A DNA stretch of 64,000 bases from an uncultured Planctomycetota bacterium (GTDB lineage: Bacteria; Planctomycetota; Planctomycetia; Isosphaerales; Isosphaeraceae): positions 1,856,001 to 1,920,000 of the forward strand of contig CAWGMQ010000004.1 in assembly GCA_963823665.1 (NCBI GenBank), in the 5' to 3' direction. The notes under the pieces are model-generated. The model searched no databases, had not been told where the DNA came from, and saw nothing but the letters and a program-made list of their open reading frames with translations. A program made the position numbers and the translations under genes. Of the stretch, positions 34,601 to 44,674 are shown one piece after another (the stretch's first letter is position 1; each line of letters begins with the position of its first letter).

Positions 34601-36014
34601 TCGGCGCATAGCCCCCGACCTGCGCCGCCAGGTTCCCCGCCGTGTTCAGCGGAATCCGCCCGTTCAGCCCGATCACCATGAACGCGAACAACGGCTTGTA
34701 CAGCCGCCCGCTCGCATCCCTCCGCGCCGGATAGCCCAGGTCCAGCCACACCGAATCCGGATTGCCGTCGCCGTCGTTGTCCACGTCATAATTAATCTTG
34801 CCGGTATTCGAGTCCGGCAGCAGGTCCGGAAACGTCGTCGCATCATGGCCGTCACTCCTGCGCGGCCGCAGGAACCGCGCAGCCGACTCGGCCCAAAGCG
34901 GGGCCGTGCTGATTAGGCCCCGTCGTCCAGTCGTTGATGTTGTTGTTGCCGTCAACGCGGATGATCCCCGGCCGGTGGAACGACGGAATCATCACCTGCC
35001 CGTCGGCACTCTGAATCGCCAGGAACCAGTTCTCCAGGTCGCACGCGTCATAATCCTCATCCATCCCGACCCCCGTCGCCCCCAGCCCCGGCACGTTGAG
35101 CCCGGGCTGGCCGAGCACCGGTATCCCCCCCGTATACCGGAAGTTCGGATAATAGCTCGCGGGAACCGAAAGACCGGTGATCGAATCGGTCCTGTTGATG
35201 TTCTGCCCCATCCCCGGCCCGTTGAACGCATGCAGCCAGCGCCCGTCCAGCGTGAAACTGTTCGGGCCCAGCGGCTGGTTGTTCGTCACCGCATTCCAGA
35301 TGTAAAAGCCCGGGAGCTGCGTGATCTGCGGCTGCGGCTGCGTCCCGCTCCCCGACGTTTGCACTCTGACCGTCTGGTTCACGAGCTCCGCGTTCCGATC
35401 GCTCGCCGGAATGTTCACCTGCAACGTCCGCCCATTCGTCGAGGCGGCGTTATACCCCGTGTCGCCAATGATCTCGAACGACTGCGTGATCGCCCCCGTG
35501 CCAAGATCCGAATTCGCTCCGGAATACGCGTTGGGGTTGCCCAGGAGCGTACCTTTGTAGCTCAACTGCATCGATCCAGCGCTGAAAGCTGTACCCGAAA
35601 AAGGCACTGTCATTCGACTGGATGTTGGTCGTCAGGTTGTAAAGCGTCGGTGCCCCGAGCGGATTCGGCTGCGTGACGCTCACGATCGAAAACGCCAGCC
35701 CCGTCGTGGGGCTGCACTCCCAGCAGAGCATTGCCCGTCGCGTCGTTGCCGTACATGTCCCGCGCCAGACTGTGCCCGCGGATCACCGAGCGAATGTCGT
35801 TCGTATCCGTGATGAGCTGCGACAGCCCGAAATCGATCAGCTCCTCGGCCTGCGGCTGGAACAGCGAAAGCATGAACCCCTTGTTGCTGATCTTCGATTG
35901 CGCGGCATAGGTCGCGAAAGTCACCCCGACAAGCGCCAACAGCCCCAGCATGGCCAGAACGAGCACCAGCACAATACCCCGGCGCTCCACCCCCGGTGAT
36001 CGAGAAGTCAACAT
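28610..36014 (-). CDS. Giant (~2460 aa) PilX/GspK-like minor pilin, split by several frameshifts
   Basis: ERRG|IVLVLVLAMLGLLALVGVTFATYA (class III leader, no Glu5); consecutive ORF pieces 35610-36020, 35450-35731, 34852-35613, 29712-34955, 30143-30460, 29100-29522, 28879-29196, 28610-29035; YDVDNDGDGNPDSVWLDLG, INIVDFRDPD, INLNYP, PGQLNLNLI, C-terminal NLTTPRTHQFAVWLTIGFFEV...RYRGFYLVDR. Confidence 0.78.
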
Positions 36015-36035
36015 GGCCAATCCCCCGTGTCTTTC

Positions 36036-36106
36036 GTAGGTCAGGCTTTGGCCTGACGTTTGTCTTCTCTTTCGCAGTCTCTCGTAGGTCAGGCTTTAGC
36101 CTGACG
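36036..36106 (+). repeat. Tandem pair of GTAG-type REPs GTAGGTCAGGCTTT(G/A)GCCTGAC
   Basis: Copies at 36036 and 36084 with hairpin GTCAGGC...GCCTGAC, between the PilW-like and PilX-like genes. Confidence 0.8.
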
Positions 36107-36111
36107 TTTTT

Positions 36112-38432
36112 CTACAACTGGTTCGTAAAATCCTGCCTGATCGTCAACGACTTGACGCGTTGATTCGTGGGATCCGCCACGCGGATCTGGATCTGAATTC
36201 CCCGCAAGGCCGCCTGGTAGGGCGCCGGATACGACGGATAAACCGGCGGCGAATACGGCGGACCCACCAGAAAACCCGTGGAGTTATTGAGCCCGTGCCC
36301 GGCGCCTGGCTGTATTCCGTCGACCAGCTATCCCACACTCGCCGCAGCCGCACCACCCCCGGGGTGTCGTCGCCGATGTTGCCGTTGTTGTAGGTGCCCT
36401 TGTTCACCGTGAGGAAGGGGCTGCCCGCACCCAGATAGTTCGCCGCAATCCCGAACTGGGCGTCGAACACGCAGATCATTCGTGATCGGCGGCATTCGCC
36501 CCTCGTGCGCCAGACGTTTGAGTGAGCGTGTTAATCCACAGCGCCGCCTGGAGCCCACGAGCGGCGGCACGACGTGATCGCCGGAAAAGTCCCGCATTTC
36601 CGTGCAGGAAGCGCCCGCCGCGGCGGACGTCATCACGTTCGCGCCGAACACCTACAGCGAAGGTCGTTACCCCACCCCAGGTCGGCATACTCCCCGAGCA
36701 CGTTGTCATACGCCTTCACGTCAAAGCTGCGCACGTTGGTCATCACCAGGTCGTCTTCAAAGCTCACCGCCCAGACCGGGTCGATCGGGCCGCCGGGCAC
36801 GCCCAGGAAAATGCTCATGTTGTTGTGATAAGCCTGCGCATCGCTGAAGATCTGCGGATTTCGCCGGATGATCGAGAAGTCGTACGCAGCCGGGAAAGGT
36901 CCCTCCCTGCGCCGTCGTCAGCGGAACCCCCATCCATGGCAGAAGCTGGTTGTCCTCCGCAACCGGCACCACGCTCGCGGCCCGCGGCGTGAGCCCGTTG
37001 GGCTGCCCGTAAGCCGCGGCGTTGACCCCAATTCGATGGCGTCGTTCACCTGCTGGTCGGATCGTTCCAGTGCACCGACAGCGTCTCCCGCCACGTCGGG
37101 AACCCCCACCACGTTTGCAGCATCTGCGTCCCGCTGATATTCCCCTGCGTGATCGGCGGATTCGACGGCGTCGGCAGGTTGTCCGCCAGGTCCAGCGGGT
37201 TGTGGTTCAGACACTGAAGATAGCCGATCGGGTTCTGCTCGAAAGTCTGCGCTGCGTCGTTCCCGAAGGGGGGAACCACGTTGGCATACGGGCTCGGCGA
37301 ATGGATCCACCCGTACTGGTCGGCCGAAAGGATCTGCGGTTGCGTGTAAGCCCCCGGAAAAATGTACGGGAACGCCAGCAGGCCGCTGCCGATCGTGAAC
37401 GGCCCCGTGTTGATCGAGTAATTACTCAAGTAATTGGGTGCGTTGATGAGCCCCGTCGCCAGCACGTTCGGGTAAAGCGTCGGGTAAAGGTCCGGCACCT
37501 TGTCGCCATTGAGGTCGTCCGAGAAACCGTCGGGATTCGGGCCAACTGCCACGGCGCCCGATTGCGGATTGACGGTCAGCGTGAAGTAGTCGTCGGAAAA
37601 CCGCGGCGCCGCAAACCGGTTCTCCCTGTTCGTCAGCGAGGAGAGCGTGTTCAGCACGATCGTGTGCGCCGCCAGTGCGCTCGGCGTGATCCCCAAGTGA
37701 TTCGGTCCCGTTGTCGCCGGGTGCGCCGACAGGTCGTTCACACCCTGCCAGCTTACCGGCACAGCCCCAGCTCCCGCGATGAACGCCGCTCCGTTCGCCT
37801 GGACGACGGTATTACCCAGCGCGGTCGGATAAAAACCAATACCACCGGCATTCGGCGCGAGAAGGCGTGAACGCCAGGTTGCCTACAGTCGGTACGATCG
37901 CCGGCTGAAGCTCTGGAGCAATGAGCAGCACCCGCCGGTAAAGGTTGCCGTTGCGTAGGAAATAAATGATCTCCGCATACTCGCTTGTCACCGTCACCGG
38001 CTGCGCGTTCGAGTTCGAAAAGAACTGTGCATTCGCCGGCTGCGTCACCCAGACCCGCCCCGTGAACGGCTGCCCCGGCGGCGCCTTGGCCGTGAACCGC
38101 AGGCAGTCGTCGCTGTCTTCCCCCTGCGTGTCCGCAAATTCGTTCTCGATGTACTCGAAATAGCCCAGGTTCTGCGTCGGGTCCAAGGGCGGCGTGAAGT
38201 GCGCCGTCGCGCCCCCCAGATCCGAGCGAATCGTCGACTCCAGCAGCTTGATCTGGTTGTCCAGGTCTTGAATCTGCTGCGCCGCCGTCAAAGCCCCCGT
38301 CGCAGACTGGAAGATCTGCACCAGCACCGTCATGATGATGACGAGCACCGCCACCGTCACCAGCATCTCCACGAGCGTGACGCCACGGCGCGTGGCCAGA
38401 TGCCGCGATTTGCGCCTGATGGTTGATGTCAC
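36112..38432 (-). CDS. Large (~770 aa) PilW/GspJ-like minor pilin, several frameshifts
   Basis: TRRG|VTLVEMLVTVAVLVIIMTVLVQIFQSAT...IRSDL; EIIYFLRNGNLYRRVLLI; EDDLVMTNVRSFDVKAYD; C-terminal LRGIQIQIRVADPTNQRVKSLTIRQDFTNQL*. Confidence 0.8.
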
Positions 38433-38440
38433 GGTAAGCC

Positions 38441-40009
38441 TCACGGGATGACGGTGAACTGCTGGGGAATCACGTTGACCACATACGGCGAAAGCAAGGC
38501 AGCATTGTAGACCGCCGGCTTGCCCGGCGCGTTCAAGATCGTGCGCGCCTGAAGCGTGCGATCGACATAAACGACCATGGAACGCATCTGCGGAGGCGGG
38601 GTTGAATACAGCGGCGGATCGTCGATCGCCGGCAACACCTTCTGCACCTGGTACCAGAAGCACCGCTGCGCCGGCAGGTTGTCCCACTCACCGTTGTTAA
38701 ACGGATTCGGAACGCCCGCCGGAGGGAGGCCGTTATAGAATCGCCCTGCTTGCGAGTTCTGGTTGTAAACCGTCTGAGCATTGCGCTCGTACGTCACGTC
38801 CGCAATCCAGTCGCCAGGCCTCACCACCGGGTCCGGCTCCGACGAATACCACCGCAAGAGCACCGTCCGGTCCGCACCCACTCCATATCCTCCCTGCACG
38901 TTCGCGCTGTGGCCCCAGATCGCCTCGACCACCGTCTCGCCCGCCACCTGGTACGTTCCCCCCTGCGGCAACCCCTGGCCGCTCGGCGGGTTGCTCACCG
39001 CCGAGATCCCGAACGGCCGGTTCTCGAACACCACGATGTTGCCCTCGAACGTCGCACCCCCACTCGCGCTCACCTGATACCCCGTGAACATCCACGAGTA
39101 ATGCCAGTCCAGGGCCGGCGCGTTCGGCGACGACGGCAGGCTCAGGTCCGGTAGAACCGGGCTGAATGCACTCGTCGCCACCGCCTCCACCCACACCACG
39201 TCCTCCTGCGAGACAAAAATGTTCGGCACCACCTTCGAGATCGGCATGATCGGAGTGACCTGGCCGTTCAAGATCACATACGGCCGATTGAAATTGGTGA
39301 TCCGCTGCAAGCCGTGAGCACTGGGTGGCCCTCCGTCCGACGGATCATTCCGGATATACCCGATCCCGTTCCCGAACCGGGCCTCGAACTGATCGCCCAG
39401 ATAATACCCGTTCGGGCTCTGGTCGCCCGGAACCGACCCTGTTCCCGGCGGCGTCTGATACCGCCAGAGCGGGTCGTATGCGAAGGGCAGTCCGTACCCG
39501 TTCGCCCCCGGCGGGTATGTCGAGCTCGCACCCAGCGTCAGCCCAGTGGTGGGATCGCGATAGTCCTGCCCGTACGCCGGAGTGTCCTGGGTCAGCGGGC
39601 TATAAGGCTGGCCGCTAACCAGCGTGACGTACCACGGCGTCAAACCGTACTGATAATTGATCGCGTCCATCAGTCCAAACGACGACGGGCTGAAAAGCCC
39701 CCGCGCCGACCCGTCCGAGCCCACCGAATCGACCAGGATCTTCGTCCGCGAATACCGCGCAGCGTCCCGCATCCGCAGCAGCCCGATCGGGAACAGCGTC
39801 GCCAGCGAAACCAGACCCACCCCGAGAATCATGATCGCAATCAAGATCTCGGTCAGCGTGATCCCCCTGCGACCCACGCCGCCCCCATGGTGCAGGCACA
39901 CTCCGTGTGCCGCCCGCAAAGCTCGCCCAGACGCCGCTCTCTTGGCCCGAGCCACGTAGCAGGCACACTCCGTGTGCCGCCCGCTCAGAACCCGTTTTCG
40001 AGCCACCAT
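38441..40009 (-). CDS. Large (~520 aa) PilV/GspI-like minor pilin
   Basis: RRG|ITLTEILIAIMILGVGLVSLATLFPIG; intact ORF; position in the FimU-PilV-PilW-PilX order. Confidence 0.82.
   Translation of the reverse strand: MVARKRVLSGRHTECACYVARAKRAASGRALRAAHGVCLHHGGGVGRRGITLTEILIAIMILGVGLVSLATLFPIGLLRMRDAARYSRTKILVDSVGSDGSARGLFSPSSFGLMDAINYQYGLTPWYVTLVSGQPYSPLTQDTPAYGQDYRDPTTGLTLGASSTYPPGANGYGLPFAYDPLWRYQTPPGTGSVPGDQSPNGYYLGDQFEARFGNGIGYIRNDPSDGGPPSAHGLQRITNFNRPYVILNGQVTPIMPISKVVPNIFVSQEDVVWVEAVATSAFSPVLPDLSLPSSPNAPALDWHYSWMFTGYQVSASGGATFEGNIVVFENRPFGISAVSNPPSGQGLPQGGTYQVAGETVVEAIWGHSANVQGGYGVGADRTVLLRWYSSEPDPVVRPGDWIADVTYERNAQTVYNQNSQAGRFYNGLPPAGVPNPFNNGEWDNLPAQRCFWYQVQKVLPAIDDPPLYSTPPPQMRSMVVYVDRTLQARTILNAPGKPAVYNAALLSPYVVNVIPQQFTVIP
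39892..39984 (+). repeat. Two REP copies (GTA)GCAGGCACACTCCGTGTGCCGCCCGC inside the PilV-like leader region
   Basis: Copies at 39892-39917 and 39956-39984; hairpin GGCACAC-TCC-GTGTGCC. Confidence 0.85.
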
Positions 40010-40011
40010 GG

Positions 40012-41588
40012 TCAGGGCCCCCCTCTCGGTGTTCCCTGCTCGCTCGCCAGGAACGGATACCCCGGGTTGTAGATCGTCCCGTTCGCCGGATTGACGGGAT
40101 TGTCAAATTGCACGTTGTCATTGGTGGTGACCTGGCCCGTTCGCGTGAACAGCGTCACGATGCGATACTCGCCCTGGAGCGACGGCCCCGTATACGGCGT
40201 GCTCCCGAGCACAAGCTGCTGCTTGATGTTCCCCACCGGCAGATACACCGGCTGCCCGCTCACGATCGGCACCGGATTGTTGTTATTATCGAGATGGATC
40301 CCCCTCACGTCGCTCCGCTCCGACAGCCAGAAGTGAAAAAACGCACCCGACATGCCAAACGACGATGGAGTCGAATAGATCGTCGTTGGAACCACCGTCC
40401 CATTGGGATAAACCAGGATGTCCACATACCCCGAGAACGGATTGATCACCCCCGTCGGAAACTGCGACCGCTCCTGGAATGCATTCCCCCAGGTCGTCAG
40501 GTCCACCACCACATTGGTCGGCAGCGACACCTCCCGCGAATTGGCCGCCGGAGCCGGACGCCGCTGAATCGTGTACAGTTGACTGACACCCAGCCCCGTG
40601 GTCAAAACCGCGGCAGGCCAGGCCTCGTTCTCCCACTCGAACAGGTCGTCCGTGATATACGAGCCGCCCCCGTTGGCAACTTCCGCGTTGTAATTGTTGT
40701 CCACCCCGTCATACCCTTCATCGATCCAGCCGTTCTGGTTGTCGTCGAGCCCGTTGACCAGGAACAGGTACTCGGGCGACACCGTGACCGGGTTGGCTGC
40801 GGGTCCCTGAAACTCGGAGAACGAGTCTGGTGACACCTGGCCGGCCGGGCCCAGGTTCACAAAAAGCTCGGTGTTGCCTTGCTGCGGTGTCACGACCATC
40901 GGCCCGACAACCGTGTACCAGAGGCCCGAGCCGTTGATCTGGAGCTTGTCGCCAACCCGGATGTTCCAGAACCAGGAAGTCGGCGAGTTCAAGGTTCCAT
41001 TGTTTTCCACCACGATTTCCTTGACCATCAGCACATTGGCCGTGCCGTTGGGGCTGCCGAGGACACTGTTGTTAAGAAACGGGTAAAATCCCCCGCCATT
41101 TCCCGCCGGATAGGGGACGTTAAGAACGGCGCCCGGCACCGTTACGGACAGGCGCCAGCTTCCCTTCGGTATACTCCGGCGCCGCTTCGATCGGGATGAT
41201 CCGGTTCGCCGCCAGCGGCTGCGTCGGGTCGATCTGACCGTTCGCCATGTAGACGAGCGGGAAGGCCGGGTCCGGCAATCAGGCGAATGCCGCTCGGAGC
41301 CTGCGTCTGCAGCGCCGAATCCCGCGCACCCACCAGTGCAGCCTGCAGGATCCGCGCCGCTTCACTCACCTCACGGTGCGCCATCGCCGGTAAGACCACC
41401 GGCAACGCCACCGCGCTCACCAGCAAGATGATCAAGATCACCACCAGCAGCTCGATCAGCGTGAACCCACCGCGTCGGGAACGCGAACGCTTCGCCGCCA
41501 GTGCATGTGCCGTGCGCTCTGGCGAACGGCGAGGCACTCGCTCATGCAACTGACAACCGACAACTGACAACTGACAACTCCCAATCAT
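40012..41588 (-). CDS. Large (~525 aa) FimU/GspH-like minor pilin; frameshifts near 41280 and 41150
   Basis: RRGG|FTLIELLVVILIILLVSAVALP...EAARILQAALVGARDSA; bridging frame LPDPAFPLV...NRIIPIEAAPEYTEG; NGLDDNQNGWIDEGYDGVDNN; YRIVTLFTRTGQV. Confidence 0.8.
41546..41579. repeat. Heptamer tandem repeat (CAACTGA)n within the FimU-like leader
   Basis: CAACTGACAACCGACAACTGACAACTGACAACT; reads SCQLSVVGCQL on the minus strand. Confidence 0.8.
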
Positions 41589-43303
41589 CCCGACCCCCCG
41601 ATCCCGCTCACCGCTGAGAGATTGTGGTTGCTGATGTCGTCCTTGGCCGCCTCTCGAAGGTCATAGCTCGAGGGATGCGTCGGATCGTCCGACGATACGT
41701 TCTGGAAGCTGGGCGTCCCGGTCCCACCCGTCGGATACTGTGCCGTATTCAGGAATCCCGAAAGGCTCACCGTTCCTCCACCGAAGACATCCAGCGCAAA
41801 CGGCAGCGCATTGTTCTCATTCGCGATCAAGTACGACGCCGCGCCCGCGCCAAGCTGATTCATATCGGAATCCGCATACAGAAACACCCCGGGCTGCTTG
41901 TCGCGGCCCCCCGAGAGAATCAAGAACTTGGTGTAATACGCTCGCCGCAAATAGCTGCCGCTCCGGTCCCAGTACAAGCCGGTCGCATTCGAGGCCAGCG
42001 GCACCGGCTCGGTGAGCCGGTGAAAGAAGTACTCGAATGCCTCCACGCCTCCGCTGCCCCCCAGCGAGGCCGCCGGCGGCCAGCTCCCTGCAAACGGTGA
42101 GTTGTTGTTGGCCGCCAACTGCCCTCCCACTCCGGTCTGAGACCACCACTGCGGGGCCGTCAGTTGCAGATTCGGGTCCAGCGGATCCCGGTCCCGTTCC
42201 TGAAAAACAGCGCCAATGTTGACGTTCGCCGTCGTCGAGTCGTAGGTCTGATACGGCGGCAGCAGGTTGTTACTGTTCACGATGTTCGGGTCGGGAAGTA
42301 TCATCTGCCCGCGCTGAAGATCCGAGTGATACAGGATCGGCCATCGGAAAAACTGCAGCGGCTGCCCCCAGGCATCCACGAACTCCAAGAGCCCGTCGCC
42401 GTCGGTGTCCATCACCTCGCGGTCGGTGAAGTCATCCCGGCTGAAAACCGAGCCCAGCGGCCCCGACCCCTCCACCAGAATCGCATACAGCATCTCGGCC
42501 CGCGCCGTCGCATGCGCGTGGTTCGACTGAAGCAGCGTGCTGTCCCACCCCCCCTCGCCAATCTCGTCGATCAGATTGTTCTGATTGTTGTCCAGCCCAT
42601 CGAACCCGAACGGCGCGGTCCCCGGCAGGTTCTTGAACAATCCCGCCGCGGCCGTGTACGACGCACCCATGATCCCCAGTCCCGTGAACCCGTAACTCGG
42701 ATTCGACAGGTTCCCGTCGCCATAACTGCTGTTTGTCGGGTCGTTGACAATCGTATTGCCAATCGGCAGCACGTAAGGCGCGTAGGTGCCATTGGGCGAC
42801 ATCAGCGGGTTGGCCGTGCCGGCGGTATATCCCTGGCCCGCGAAGTTGATCGGGTAGTTCGGATCGCCCTGAAGAAAGAACACATCCGGCACTTCGCGCT
42901 TCAGGTAGTCATACCAGGCGAACGCCTGCGCCCGCGCGGAAGTCGTGAGATCCGAGTTGAGCTGGCCGCTCTTGATGAGCGAAGGTGCCGGCCCGTAGGT
43001 ACTGTTCCACACCGCCGCCATGTAACCGTGCGCCCAGTTGGGATCGGGCCGGCTTTGCATGAGCGCGTCCAGCCGGTCGTTGAGCCCCCCTTCCAGCTTC
43101 GTGATCAGCGACTGCGTGGCTCGCTCCTCCGCCCGCCGCGCCGCATCCGTCGCCGCCAGCAACACGAACGACAGGATGATCGCAATGATCGTGATCACCA
43201 CCAGAAGCTCGATCAGCGTGAATCCGCGCCGCGATCCCGCCCCGGCGCTCCCATGAGCCCGCGGCATGCTCCCCCATTCGTGCACCACACGACGAAGATT
43301 CAT
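41585..43303 (-). CDS. Large (~570 aa) prepilin-type (GspG/PilA-like N-terminus) protein
   Basis: SRRG|FTLIELLVVITIIAIILSFVL; DGLDNNQNNLIDE; DTDGDGLLEFVDAWGQPL; LILSGGRD; DDISNH. Confidence 0.85.
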   Translation of the reverse strand: MNLRRVVHEWGSMPRAHGSAGAGSRRGFTLIELLVVITIIAIILSFVLLAATDAARRAEERATQSLITKLEGGLNDRLDALMQSRPDPNWAHGYMAAVWNSTYGPAPSLIKSGQLNSDLTTSARAQAFAWYDYLKREVPDVFFLQGDPNYPINFAGQGYTAGTANPLMSPNGTYAPYVLPIGNTIVNDPTNSSYGDGNLSNPSYGFTGLGIMGASYTAAAGLFKNLPGTAPFGFDGLDNNQNNLIDEIGEGGWDSTLLQSNHAHATARAEMLYAILVEGSGPLGSVFSRDDFTDREVMDTDGDGLLEFVDAWGQPLQFFRWPILYHSDLQRGQMILPDPNIVNSNNLLPPYQTYDSTTANVNIGAVFQERDRDPLDPNLQLTAPQWWSQTGVGGQLAANNNSPFAGSWPPAASLGGSGGVEAFEYFFHRLTEPVPLASNATGLYWDRSGSYLRRAYYTKFLILSGGRDKQPGVFLYADSDMNQLGAGAASYLIANENNALPFALDVFGGGTVSLSGFLNTAQYPTGGTGTPSFQNVSSDDPTHPSSYDLREAAKDDISNHNLSAVSGIGGSG

Positions 43304-43342
43304 TCCAACCCCGCCCGTAGAGAACCCCACGGAAGGCTAAAA

Positions 43343-43386
43343 ACAACTGACAACTGACAACTGACAACTGACAACTGACAACTGAC
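43343..43386. repeat. Heptamer tandem repeat (CAACTGA)x6
   Basis: Six perfect units between two pilin genes. Confidence 0.9.
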
Positions 43387-43392
43387 CCGAAA

Positions 43393-44649
43393 CTAATCCA
43401 GCTTGGTCGATTGGAAATTGGTCAAATTGTCTTTTTCCCGCAGCCGCACGTTGGTGTCCGTGGTCGCCCCCGGCGGTGCACCCGCGAACGTATCGGCCGC
43501 ATCGAACGGCAGCGGAGTGCTGGCCGACGAATTGGCCGACGACGGCGAGTTGTACTGCCCCCCGACGCCGTACAGCCCGTCGACGCCCGGTGAGATGATC
43601 TGGAATGTCTGTGGCTTCTCATACGTCAATACGTTGTTGGCTGTGACTGTGGAGCTGGTCGTATACGGATTGGGCGCCGGCGAGACCCGATGATTGAGAG
43701 CGCTCGCCGTGAAGAACTGAAGCCAGATCGGGCTCGCCAGGTTGGCGTCGGCTTCCGTCGGAAAATTCACGTCGTTGGGGTCATAGCCGCTGCTGCCGTA
43801 GGCGCTGAAGTACACGTAGAAATTGAGCGTCCCGTTCGTCGTCTGCGGCGAATTGCTGGTAAGCGAATCGTAATAGCCGGGAATTCCCGGGCTCGCCGTG
43901 CCGTTCAAGTTCGTCACGTTGTTGGGGTCCAGGAAGAGCCGGCTGCCGATGAATTCGAACGACGGGGATTGCCGGTTGGCGCTATACATCGGGTTCGGGT
44001 TGCCGCCGTATCGGGAGTCCGCCGCCAGGCTGTTCGTGAACGGGTTCACCGGGTCCTTGCCGAAGCCCGTCATGCCGAACGCGCCTGTCTGCGGATCCTC
44101 GTACGGAATCCCTCCCAGGAAGAACGCCAGGCATTCGTGACCGTGCAGGATGTACGGTCCGTCCATCACGCCGTTGCCGTTGAAGTCGTACCAGTACCCG
44201 GCGCCGGGCGGCGCATTGTAGAAGATCTGCGGCGGCTGACCCGACGTGCTGAAAACGACCTTCGGCCAAAACTTGCGCAAGGCCGTCAGCGACCGCTGCG
44301 CCAGGATGCTCACGGTCGTGTCGCTCGGCGAGGCGTTGGGGTCGATCGTGCTCACCCCGGCATTGCTGTTGATGAACGGAGCGTAATTGCCGCTCTCCAC
44401 CAGCAGCACCCGGGAGGGCGGTAAATCGCCGAACGATTGCTTGAAGCTCGCCATAGCCTGCGAGAGCTGACTGATTTCGGCCAGGACCGCCGCATTCCTG
44501 GCCGTTCGCAAGGCCGCTGCAATCACCGGCAAGAGCAGCCCCACCAGGATCGCCAGCACGATGATCACTACCAGAAGCTCGACCAGGGTGAACCCGCCCC
44601 GGGCAAGCGCCGAAACCGGCCTCGAGCGGTGCGTTGACGTGCGAATCAT
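43393..44649 (-). CDS. Prepilin-type GspG-like protein (418 aa)
   Basis: ARGG|FTLVELLVVIIVLAILVGLLLP...EISQLSQAMASFKQSFGDLPP; ECLAFFLGG; FQIISPGVDGLYG; DNLTNF. Confidence 0.88.
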   Translation of the reverse strand: MIRTSTHRSRPVSALARGGFTLVELLVVIIVLAILVGLLLPVIAAALRTARNAAVLAEISQLSQAMASFKQSFGDLPPSRVLLVESGNYAPFINSNAGVSTIDPNASPSDTTVSILAQRSLTALRKFWPKVVFSTSGQPPQIFYNAPPGAGYWYDFNGNGVMDGPYILHGHECLAFFLGGIPYEDPQTGAFGMTGFGKDPVNPFTNSLAADSRYGGNPNPMYSANRQSPSFEFIGSRLFLDPNNVTNLNGTASPGIPGYYDSLTSNSPQTTNGTLNFYVYFSAYGSSGYDPNDVNFPTEADANLASPIWLQFFTASALNHRVSPAPNPYTTSSTVTANNVLTYEKPQTFQIISPGVDGLYGVGGQYNSPSSANSSASTPLPFDAADTFAGAPPGATTDTNVRLREKDNLTNFQSTKLD

Positions 44650-44674
44650 CGTTCAGAAACTCCTTCGGAAGTCA

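Noticed and set aside
28610..44649. Diversity-generating retroelement acting on the pilins
   Set aside because: No reverse transcriptase and no template/variable repeat pair with adenine-specific differences seen
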